Part shown: piece by piece, positions 27,863 through 36,319 of the stretch
How the letters are laid out: the number at the start of each line of letters is the position of its first letter
Position numbering within the stretch: position 1 is the stretch's first letter
Virus record (IMG/VR): IMGVR_UViG_3300028886_000036
Location: 64,001 to 128,000 of that record
Length of the DNA: 64,000 nt
Origin: a virus
Lineage: Duplodnaviria; Caudoviricetes
Direction: 5' to 3' (one strand)
Notes under the pieces: model-generated
Databases searched by the model: none
What the model was told of the DNA's origin: nothing
What the model saw: only the letters and a program-made list of their open reading frames with translations
Position numbers and translations under genes: made by a program

Positions 27863-30145
27863 ATACCTGCAAATAATATATTTCCTGGAGTTTATGTAAG
27901 TATTCAGGATAACTCAAACTATGTCGAAGCTATTCCAGGAGCCATAGGATTTATGTGCTTGCTCTCTGAAAAGGGCCCAGATAATAAACCAGTGATGGTT
28001 ACTAGTGTTTCTGACTTAATTTCTAAGTATGGTGAGCCATTAATTCGCCGTTATGGTCAGGGTTGGTATGTTGCTAAAGAGTATTTAGATACTTTAGGTA
28101 ATCTTTGGGTTATGAGAGTTCTTCCAAAGAATGCTACTTATGCTACATTAGCTCTTAAGCTTACACAGAATCCTGATGTAATTACCACATATAAGAGAAC
28201 CATTAAAAAAGATGAGAAGGATAATGATGTTGAAGTTCTTACTATGATTTCAAGAAAAACTACTGATGATGTAGTTCTTACTGTTGAAGATCTTAACAAG
28301 AAGCCTTTAACCGATCTTTTAGCCAAGGTTCCAACTGGTAAAAATGTTATTTTCCCAGCATCTGAAATTAATAGACCTGCCGAATATGAAAATGATATTA
28401 CTCTTATGGGTGCTGAAGCCGGTAACGCTGCTGGTGAAGATGAAAGAGACGGTGGAGAAACTGTTTTCAATTCACCTATACTTGGAAGTACTACACTTAG
28501 ACTTGATGGTCTTACATTAAGTCAGTATGCTTTCTCTGCAGATTATTCCGGGGTTTCTGATATTGAAATTAGAAATTGTAGAATACTTGGGCTTTCTGGT
28601 GCTACAGTTGAAGTTCCTGAAGAATTTTCTACTCAAGAAGCTCCTGTTGAGGAAGTAGAAGATCTTCCATTTGACACCAAGACTTTAACTGAAAGAAGTT
28701 TCTCATTTGTTAATGTTGAACTTGAAGATATTCATACAGTTCCTTCAATGGATTCTCTTCTTAATGGTGAGAATAATGCTGCTGATATTATCTTCTATCC
28801 ATATGGTAGAGGCGAGTATTATAATAGACTTGGCCTTAAGCTCACTAAGGCTAGAAAGTCTTACGATAATGCATTTATTTTAGATATCTACGAGCTTGGA
28901 GATGACTCCGCTTACGCTAATTTAGTTGAGTCTTTCACTGTTTCATTTGATATTGACGCAAAGGATATTTCTGGTTCGTCCTTATTTATTAAGGATGTTC
29001 TTGATATGTACTCAGATTATATCAAGTGCGAAGTTAGTGAAAATAGTGAGTACTTCGGTCATTATGAAGAAAATTCTGAAGAGGTTATTGCTCGTACTCC
29101 TGGGGATAGTTCTACAAAGTACGACTATGAGACTTTAGAAGTTAATTATGATGATTTAGCTATGGCCGAGATTGAATATCTCTCTGGTGGTAAAGATGGC
29201 ACTATGTATGACAAGAACGGTAATCTTGATTGGAATGCTGAAGTTGACGTTGACGACACTGGTAAGAAGAAAGAAAATATGGTTATGGCTTTATCAAATG
29301 CTTACTGTGGATTAAATGTCAATCCCGAGACTGGCGAGTATAACGATGAGATTACTGATACTGAAAATATGGACTTCACAGTTGTCTTTGATGCCGGTTG
29401 GCCTACTCCAGTTAAGGATGCTATAGTCGATCTTTGCGATTCAAGACAAAGCTGCTTTGGTTTCTTAGATAACGGTGTTGCTGCTGAAAATGGTAATAGA
29501 TCAGCAAAACACGCTATTGATAAGAGACTTACAGATCATAATTATAATGATTATAGAGTTGCGTTATATGAGCCATATACAAAGTTATATGATTCATTTA
29601 CCGGTACTTATTTCTGGGCTACTCCTATGATCCATGTTGCGTCATGCTTTACTAGAACTGCTAGAGATAAGAATATCTGGTGGGCTGCTGCAGGCCTTAC
29701 TAGAGGAGCATGTGCCGGTATTAAGGACTATAGATACAAGCTTGCTGGTGGTTATAAGGATATGTTCAAGGAAGATGAGCTTAATCCTATTATGAGATTT
29801 AACCAGGGCGGAGATTGTATCTGGGGCAATTGGACTACTCAGCAAACCCCATCTGCTCTTAAGAATATCCACGTTGTTCTTTGCTTACAGTATATTCATA
29901 GAGTTCTTGAAAGAAATCTTAAGCAGTATGTGTACGAGTTTAATGATGAATATACTTATGCTAAGATTAAAGACACTGTTAATGCTTTCTTATCTGATCT
30001 TGCTTCAGAAAGAGCATTAGAGAGCTTTAGTGTTAACGTTGGCGCTACAGAGTATCAGAAGAGAAATAATCAATGCAAGGTTGATATTGATCTTAAGATT
30101 ACTGGCGTTATTGAAATTATCAACGTTTCACTTAATGTTAACTAA
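27863..30145 (+). CDS. Contractile tail sheath protein (probable ATA start 27863; track start 27854)
   Basis: PANNIFPGVYV N-terminus, SEKGPDNKP, WWAAAGLTRG, ELNPI..IWGNWT..ALKNIHV..YVYEFND. Confidence 0.92.
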   Translation: MPANNIFPGVYVSIQDNSNYVEAIPGAIGFMCLLSEKGPDNKPVMVTSVSDLISKYGEPLIRRYGQGWYVAKEYLDTLGNLWVMRVLPKNATYATLALKLTQNPDVITTYKRTIKKDEKDNDVEVLTMISRKTTDDVVLTVEDLNKKPLTDLLAKVPTGKNVIFPASEINRPAEYENDITLMGAEAGNAAGEDERDGGETVFNSPILGSTTLRLDGLTLSQYAFSADYSGVSDIEIRNCRILGLSGATVEVPEEFSTQEAPVEEVEDLPFDTKTLTERSFSFVNVELEDIHTVPSMDSLLNGENNAADIIFYPYGRGEYYNRLGLKLTKARKSYDNAFILDIYELGDDSAYANLVESFTVSFDIDAKDISGSSLFIKDVLDMYSDYIKCEVSENSEYFGHYEENSEEVIARTPGDSSTKYDYETLEVNYDDLAMAEIEYLSGGKDGTMYDKNGNLDWNAEVDVDDTGKKKENMVMALSNAYCGLNVNPETGEYNDEITDTENMDFTVVFDAGWPTPVKDAIVDLCDSRQSCFGFLDNGVAAENGNRSAKHAIDKRLTDHNYNDYRVALYEPYTKLYDSFTGTYFWATPMIHVASCFTRTARDKNIWWAAAGLTRGACAGIKDYRYKLAGGYKDMFKEDELNPIMRFNQGGDCIWGNWTTQQTPSALKNIHVVLCLQYIHRVLERNLKQYVYEFNDEYTYAKIKDTVNAFLSDLASERALESFSVNVGATEYQKRNNQCKVDIDLKITGVIEIINVSLNVN

Positions 30146-30169
30146 TTGGGAAGGATGGTGAGAATATAA

Positions 30170-30874
30170 ATGGCTATTAATCCTTTTGTTAATGGTTTAG
30201 GTTTTAGCAAGTATAATTACCCAGATAGTATGAGAGGTATGTTTGGTGGAGAAAAGTTCTTTATGGATCCCTATACTTCGGGATATCATTTTATGTATTT
30301 CTTCCCACCAGATACTATCGGCAATGAAGTTGGTCAGTTTTTAACTACAGTATGTCAGGCAGTTACAATCCCTGGAATTACTGTTCAGCCCATTGAGTAT
30401 AATGGTCTCAATGATATGAAATGGTATGTTCCTGGTATTACTAATCTTGAAAGAAACACTGTTGACTGCACATTTGTTGAGTATGCTGGTCTTCCTATTA
30501 CCCAGATTATGGGTAGATGGGTTACTATTTTCAGAAATATTCTTTACGGTATCTCTGATCCATCAGCTCAGAACACATATTCTCAGGGTGCTTATAAGGG
30601 TAAGGCAGTTTATGCTACTACTCTTCCCGATGGATTAACTGTTCAGTTTGCTGCAGTTTTCACCGGTGTGTTCCCAACCAAGATTCCTACAGACTTATTT
30701 GAGTCTAACAGAGCTCAGCAGGAAAAGAAAGAAATTCAGATTTCTTTCCAGTTTGACCAGATGCTTACTGGTACTGCTGCGGAGTCATATGCGGCCTCAT
30801 TAGTTGCTGCTACTAGAAATCAGGCTATTAGTACCTCTGATAGCATTTATGCTGTTGAAACTTCTAGTAACTAA
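30170..30874 (+). CDS. Tail tube protein
   Basis: Directly follows the sheath; CQAVTIPG..WYVPG..FTGVFPT..ISFQFD tube-like pattern. Confidence 0.75.
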   Translation: MAINPFVNGLGFSKYNYPDSMRGMFGGEKFFMDPYTSGYHFMYFFPPDTIGNEVGQFLTTVCQAVTIPGITVQPIEYNGLNDMKWYVPGITNLERNTVDCTFVEYAGLPITQIMGRWVTIFRNILYGISDPSAQNTYSQGAYKGKAVYATTLPDGLTVQFAAVFTGVFPTKIPTDLFESNRAQQEKKEIQISFQFDQMLTGTAAESYAASLVAATRNQAISTSDSIYAVETSSN

Positions 30875-30893
30875 TTATTAAGTAACACTAATT

Positions 30894-30937
30894 ATAGTGT
30901 ATAGCTCATTCATTGGGCTATACACTATTTTATTTTT
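30894..30937 (+). terminator. Rho-independent terminator
   Basis: ATAGTGTATAGCTCA..TGGGCTATACACTAT hairpin followed by a T-run. Confidence 0.85.
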
Positions 30938-30963
30938 AAAGAAAGAGGTGGTGAGACTAGAAT

Positions 30964-33900
30964 ATGCCTAATGCATCACCAACAACAAAAGTAATACCTT
31001 CGTTTGATCCTTTTGATGTAAAAGAACAGCTTGTTGAACTTGCGCAAGATTATTTTAATCTTGATGAAATTGATACTTATGAATCTGGATTTATGGGGTA
31101 TCTTATTCAAGCTTTAACTTATTTAACTTCAGATGTGTTATATCAGAATGCTTTTGCATATAATGAAGCTTTTTTAAATAGAGCATTATTAAGGTCTTCA
31201 GTAACTAACATAGCCACACAATTAGACTATAAAATTAAAAGTGCTACGCCAGCATCAGGTACTTTAACTATAGCAGTGCCTATTGATTTAAATGAACAAA
31301 CTTCAATTAAAATTTCAGCCGGAACTAATATAGCTGCTGGAGATATACCATATAAAGTATATAATACATATTATATTAAACAGAATAGTAATGGATTACA
31401 TGTAACTTCATATAATCCAGATACAGGTATAGTTGAAGCTATACCATATAATATAGAAATGTATGATGGGCAAGTTACGGTTGTGTTTGGAATACAGATT
31501 TGGCAGATCAATATTTATACTTATGATTTTTCATTTGAGAATCCTACCTTATATCAGTTTTATAAAACTAGTTTTACTGGCTTTGAAGGAGAAGTATATA
31601 AAGTATTAGTTGAGGTAGAGGAAGAAAAATATAAAGAAGTGGCATCAATATATCAGTCAGGATTTGATAGCAGAGAATATGAAATGGAATTAATGAGTAT
31701 TGAGGATAATGAATATAAGGTTACATTAAAATTCGGAAACGGTATTTATGGTTATCAGCCTAAAAATGGTGCTGAAGGTAGAGTAACTATTTATACTACT
31801 CTTGGATCTAAGGGAAATATATCTTCTGGTGTAGCTAGATTTGATGAAAGATTAATTAATACTCTTAATGCTACAGAGGGAGAATTAGAAGTATTAAGTA
31901 CAAATAGATTAGCTATACAGAATGGTAGAGATGCAGAAACTCTTGAAGAAATTAAGAAGCATACAATTGAATCTATTAGTTCTGCTAAAAGACTTGTTAC
32001 TAAAGAAGACTATCAAGGCTATGCTGGAGTAACTGGATTAACTAATATAATTGCTCTTCCTATGCTTAACAGAAGAGATGTAGTTGGTAATGATATTACT
32101 ATTTATAATGCATTATATGATGATGACTTTAAATTAGTCCCAACAGCGTCTATTCCAGTTAGATTAGACAGTTCTAATAGTTATATACCTAAAGGATCTA
32201 GTATTATAGGATTTGATGGGAATACATACTGTTGTCCATTTGATATAGTTTATGATGATTCATATGATGTTCCAACTACTCAGTATATTTATAACTTGGC
32301 AAGCACAAATGTTGCACCTATTCTTTTTACAGATACAACGCCAGACGATGTTGAAATGGCTGTAAGAATGATGCAAGCTAGGATATATCCAAATAGAGAA
32401 GAGATTGGATATACTGCTGAAATAGTCAAGTTAGATAATATGAACCCAGAGTGCATATCTGCAAAATTGTTTATTGCTAATAATCCAGAAGTTTTAGATT
32501 TAAAGTTTACTCAGCAATATAACAATAATACGGTCATGAACATGTCTAGTGATTTATTGCCATATAATCATTTACCGGTAGGAGAGTTTGATTGGAAAGT
32601 TGTATTATATTATACCTATCCAAATACTGATGAGCCAGTTTATTATGCCACATATACAGGTAAATTTAACTTATTTGAAAATGGTGAAGTGGTTGATAAT
32701 GTAATAGATGTTCCACTTACTCCAAATGTACCAGAAATATATGCGACTATTCCAGAAGCTACATTTACATTAACTGATGATAGAAAATCAGGGTATTTTA
32801 AAGTTCCAATAGTTATACTAAATGAATATGATTATTTTGATAATAAGATAGATACTAGTACTTTTTATATTCAGTGTGAAATAGAAGATAAGGAGTACAA
32901 ATTAGTTTTAAGTAGTATTAGTGATGGAAGATATGTGTATAATTCTAAATACATTTTCTTATCTGACTTACCAGTTGGAGAGTTTGAGGTTAAATTCAAT
33001 TTATTTATGAAAGATGCTAACGGAAATTTTTCAGAACCAATTACAACATATAATGCAAATATAACTGTAATGACGGATGGGAAAAGAGTTTTGGATACCA
33101 TATCAGATACCACTACTAAAGAAAGTACAGAGCCACAGATAGAATTAGTTCATTTAGGGTTATCATCAATAGATATCTCATCGCCAGATAACGGTGATAG
33201 TTATGTGTTTATATGCAATATTACTAAATTGCCACAAAACGCATCTTCTAGCATTTCAGTTAATTTAACTATGACAACTAATAGCTATGATTTAACTAAT
33301 GAACGAGAATACTATATGGAATATACTGGTGATATGATTGAAGTAACGGATGATGATGGAAAGGCTAAATCATCTATGTGTGTATTTACTTCGCCAAAAA
33401 TAAAAGCTAATACTATCCCAACTGGACAAGTTACATTTAAGATTAGTTTAAAATATAACGGAGCTAATATAACTACTTATAAGCAATCGTGTATCTTTAA
33501 ACAAGATATCTCTAGAATTATTAGATCAGATGTCCATAAGTTTAGTGATGGATTATACTATGCATGTAATGTTCCAGTAATACTTAAAGATTGGTATGAT
33601 AGTCACATAGAGTATCTTGATCAAGAAATTTTATCTAGATTCTTATACTTAAGTGAAAACTTTAATACTTATGGAATGCTTACTGATAGAATAAACATTA
33701 AGTTTGTAAGAACTTGTGGTCAATCAGTTAATATGAGACTTAATAACTACATGCCAAATCCAGTTAAAAGCTATCCAGATGATTTTAGTATTGATCTTCC
33801 TGTTAAGATCTATGTTAAATTATATGTTTCAGAAGATATTACAACTGATATAAATGATTTGATAACTGAAGCTAAAAACGTTATATACACTTTCTTACAG

Positions 33901-34131
33901 CTTAAATCTGGATTCAATACCAATATCTATAGATCTGAATTAGCTAGATACTTACATGATACTTTAGAGGATATTTTATTCTGTGAAGTAGTCGAGCCTA
34001 CTGACGAAATAATCTATAGCTATGATATTGATAAGATACCTAGATCTCAATATGAAGTGTTGTATCAGTATTGCCCAGAATATATCTGGTTTGATAAAGA
34101 CAATATTGTGGTTGATGTAAAGCTTATGTAA
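30964..34131 (+). CDS. Baseplate wedge protein (T4 gp6-like)
   Basis: NEAFLNRALLRSSV..LDY; KFGNGIYGYQP; TTLGSKGNI; NGRDAETLEEIK..RLVTKEDY. Confidence 0.85.
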   Translation: MPNASPTTKVIPSFDPFDVKEQLVELAQDYFNLDEIDTYESGFMGYLIQALTYLTSDVLYQNAFAYNEAFLNRALLRSSVTNIATQLDYKIKSATPASGTLTIAVPIDLNEQTSIKISAGTNIAAGDIPYKVYNTYYIKQNSNGLHVTSYNPDTGIVEAIPYNIEMYDGQVTVVFGIQIWQINIYTYDFSFENPTLYQFYKTSFTGFEGEVYKVLVEVEEEKYKEVASIYQSGFDSREYEMELMSIEDNEYKVTLKFGNGIYGYQPKNGAEGRVTIYTTLGSKGNISSGVARFDERLINTLNATEGELEVLSTNRLAIQNGRDAETLEEIKKHTIESISSAKRLVTKEDYQGYAGVTGLTNIIALPMLNRRDVVGNDITIYNALYDDDFKLVPTASIPVRLDSSNSYIPKGSSIIGFDGNTYCCPFDIVYDDSYDVPTTQYIYNLASTNVAPILFTDTTPDDVEMAVRMMQARIYPNREEIGYTAEIVKLDNMNPECISAKLFIANNPEVLDLKFTQQYNNNTVMNMSSDLLPYNHLPVGEFDWKVVLYYTYPNTDEPVYYATYTGKFNLFENGEVVDNVIDVPLTPNVPEIYATIPEATFTLTDDRKSGYFKVPIVILNEYDYFDNKIDTSTFYIQCEIEDKEYKLVLSSISDGRYVYNSKYIFLSDLPVGEFEVKFNLFMKDANGNFSEPITTYNANITVMTDGKRVLDTISDTTTKESTEPQIELVHLGLSSIDISSPDNGDSYVFICNITKLPQNASSSISVNLTMTTNSYDLTNEREYYMEYTGDMIEVTDDDGKAKSSMCVFTSPKIKANTIPTGQVTFKISLKYNGANITTYKQSCIFKQDISRIIRSDVHKFSDGLYYACNVPVILKDWYDSHIEYLDQEILSRFLYLSENFNTYGMLTDRINIKFVRTCGQSVNMRLNNYMPNPVKSYPDDFSIDLPVKIYVKLYVSEDITTDINDLITEAKNVIYTFLQLKSGFNTNIYRSELARYLHDTLEDILFCEVVEPTDEIIYSYDIDKIPRSQYEVLYQYCPEYIWFDKDNIVVDVKLM

Positions 34132-34135
34132 AAAC

Positions 34136-34178
34136 AAAAAGAAGGAGAGCTGCCCCGCAACAGCCCTCCTTCTTTTTT
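34136..34178. terminator. Bidirectional terminator
   Basis: AAAAAGAAGGAG..CTCCTTCTTTTT between convergent genes. Confidence 0.8.
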
Positions 34179-34512
34179 ATTCAATCGGATATACTTCTAT
34201 AGGGATTATCTGCTCACCCTTATACCGCCAACCTGGAGAGCATACCCTAAACTTCTTAACGTCTCCTGGACCCCAGGATATTGTGGTGTGAGAACAGGAG
34301 TATACCCCTAAACGAAACACAGGTGATTCATATTTAATCTCAATTTCTTTTCCTACAACTTCAATTGGTTCTATATTGTTATCTTTTAAAAACTTACAAA
34401 ACATTTTTTCGCCAACTGTGCCTTTTCGATGATCATACATGTAGTCCAGCAAAAATCCATATTTCGCACTGTTAAGTGTCCGCAATAGTTCTTTTACTTC
34501 TTTAACATCCAC
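34177..34512 (-). CDS. Hypothetical protein
   Basis: 111 aa; SD AGGGGG before GTG. Confidence 0.65.
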   Translation of the reverse strand: MDVKEVKELLRTLNSAKYGFLLDYMYDHRKGTVGEKMFCKFLKDNNIEPIEVVGKEIEIKYESPVFRLGVYSCSHTTISWGPGDVKKFRVCSPGWRYKGEQIIPIEVYPIE

Positions 34513-34553
34513 AGCAATACCCCCTAAAGGATTAAGATACTTTGATTATATAC

Positions 34554-34883
34554 TTATAAAAAGTATTGCTCAGTTTTCATATCTTTATTCTTTAACAAAG
34601 CTTTCTTCAATATAGTTAACTTGCAAATATTCTTGCTTTGAATTACACAACTACTTCCACATCTATATGTAATCCCTTCCGAACTATGACACGTGATTTC
34701 ATCAAATCTAGCACATATCTGGCCATATCGATACTCTATATAATATGGTCTCCAAAGAATTAGTTTACATCTTGAAGATGATGTATCTCTATATTCACAA
34801 TCGGTATTACATTTAGTTTTACTAAAACATACATTCAATGTTCTAATAAGATATGCTATTACTATTGATTTATTACTTGGCAT
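34554..34883 (-). CDS. Small Cys-rich hypothetical protein
   Basis: LNVCFSKTKCNTDC motif; part of a tightly packed cassette. Confidence 0.6.
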   Translation of the reverse strand: MPSNKSIVIAYLIRTLNVCFSKTKCNTDCEYRDTSSSRCKLILWRPYYIEYRYGQICARFDEITCHSSEGITYRCGSSCVIQSKNICKLTILKKALLKNKDMKTEQYFL

Positions 34884-35103
34884 AATATCTGAACCACCTT
34901 ATTACAAGATCTATAGCAAGTTCTATATTAAATACCAGTTCAAGTGTTGTTATGCTATTTCTATTTGAGAAGCATCCATACTTTAACGGAACTCCTAATA
35001 CTTTATGCCAAAAATATATTGGCCTATTAATTAATGGAAGAGTCTTAATAGTTATATTATTAACACAAACATACGCTAATAAGTTTTTAGATAGTCTTTT
35101 CAT
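34873..35103 (-). CDS. Small hypothetical protein
   Basis: Overlap-coupled to neighbours; YVCVNN motif. Confidence 0.5.
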   Translation of the reverse strand: MKRLSKNLLAYVCVNNITIKTLPLINRPIYFWHKVLGVPLKYGCFSNRNSITTLELVFNIELAIDLVIRWFRYYAK

Positions 35104-35482
35104 ATAAACTCTTTATAGACTTAAACTTTTTAGCATAGTATCTTTTTAGATATGCCACTTTGCAATTCTCATCAGCACCCATAAGACTAATAAGTAAAGT
35201 CCCACTAACTTTAGTTACTTTATGATCTTCAAATTGAGCTTCTTTAAGTTCAGTAAGAAACTTATATGCGAATTTATACTTGGTTTTACTAAATATAGTA
35301 ATCATTCTATCAAGATCATATCCATTGTCATACCTGTCTTCAAAGTTATATATAATATGCATTCTGATCTTAGACCATTGTTCATATGGCATATTATAAT
35401 AACCTTTTCTATCCATAAACACAAACAATATATCAAACTTTCTAGCAACAGAGTTAATACAGTAACAGTTTAGTTTAGCCAT
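35087..35482 (-). CDS. Hypothetical protein
   Basis: 131 aa; SD GGAGTG. Confidence 0.6.
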   Translation of the reverse strand: MAKLNCYCINSVARKFDILFVFMDRKGYYNMPYEQWSKIRMHIIYNFEDRYDNGYDLDRMITIFSKTKYKFAYKFLTELKEAQFEDHKVTKVSGTLLISLMGADENCKVAYLKRYYAKKFKSIKSLYEKTI

Positions 35483-35486
35483 ATAA

Positions 35487-35696
35487 TCACTCCCTAACTA
35501 TTGGGCATACCCAGGTTGATCCCATTTTTATAGGACAAAACTTTATAAATCTTACAGTACAATCTGATTCATTTTGATAACTTCTTAATATCTTAAATGC
35601 AGAATTATCCCTTGGTACTGAATTACAAACTTTAAACATACACATGTTAACACTACAAATATAGACAAAAGCGTCTTTTGATTCTAACTTGCTCAT
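35487..35696 (-). CDS. Small Cys-rich hypothetical protein
   Basis: YICSVNMCMFKVC motif; SD GGAG. Confidence 0.55.
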   Translation of the reverse strand: MSKLESKDAFVYICSVNMCMFKVCNSVPRDNSAFKILRSYQNESDCTVRFIKFCPIKMGSTWVCPIVRE

Positions 35697-35697
35697 A

Positions 35698-35931
35698 TTA
35701 ACTCCAATCCAATAACTCTTTTAGCACACTATGAAACCCAACAAACCTAGTAAATTTTTCATAATGTGTTATAGGGCACGTATCTGTAAGAATATATCCA
35801 ATAGCACTACAATGTCTACATGAAAGTAACTTACTAGACTTTTTATAGTCTAATGAACACCTAACAGTATCATTCTTCATACATCTATTTAGAGCTATAA
35901 CATGTACTAGTAATAATTTATCTTTAGTCAT
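35698..35931 (-). CDS. Small Cys-rich hypothetical protein
   Basis: LNRCMKNDTVRC..CRHC; SD GGAGGT. Confidence 0.6.
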   Translation of the reverse strand: MTKDKLLLVHVIALNRCMKNDTVRCSLDYKKSSKLLSCRHCSAIGYILTDTCPITHYEKFTRFVGFHSVLKELLDWS

Positions 35932-35933
35932 AC

Positions 35934-36170
35934 TTACCTCCTTATTTTAATCGCTTTACTAACAACATCAAAGTTAAAGTATTCAGTAAATAACTTAAAG
36001 TTCTTTAATATAGGCATCTTATCTAAATTAGGGAACGCATATTGAATACTTTTACACCAACAACATAATTTTTTATCTTTGCCTGGAACGAACTCACATC
36101 TTTTACTTGATAGGCATTGATTGTACAAGATATTTTTAAAAGCTAGTTCTTCTGCTTTACTGGCCTTCAT
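35934..36170 (-). CDS. Small Cys-rich hypothetical protein (start ATG 36170)
   Basis: SD GGAGGT before MKASKAEE; YNQCLSSKRC..CCWC. Confidence 0.6.
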   Translation of the reverse strand: MKASKAEELAFKNILYNQCLSSKRCEFVPGKDKKLCCWCKSIQYAFPNLDKMPILKNFKLFTEYFNFDVVSKAIKIRR

Positions 36171-36202
36171 ACTTAAATACCTCCAAAGACAGGATAGCAT
36201 TA

Positions 36203-36217
36203 ATATAATATATTTAT
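36203..36217 (-). promoter_or_regulatory. ATAAATATATTATAT motif heading minus-strand cassette 2
   Basis: Identical to 22306-22320. Confidence 0.5.
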
Positions 36218-36231
36218 GAAAAACCAGTTGT

Positions 36232-36260
36232 AGTATAACATTATACTACATTATAGTCAA
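36232..36260 (-). promoter_or_regulatory. sigmaA-type promoter overlapped by a palindrome
   Basis: TTGACT-17 nt-TATACT on the minus strand; inverted repeat TGTAGTATAA-CA-TTATACTACA at 36229-36250. Confidence 0.6.
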
Positions 36261-36271
36261 CTTTTTTAGTC

Positions 36272-36290
36272 TGAACAAATATATAGAGAA
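36272..36290 (+). promoter_or_regulatory. Candidate phage late-promoter motif TGAACAAATATATAGAGAA
   Basis: Recurring motif at the start of the fibre region. Confidence 0.6.
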
Positions 36291-36319
36291 CTCTTACAAA
36301 AGAAAGGGGAGAAGTTAAT

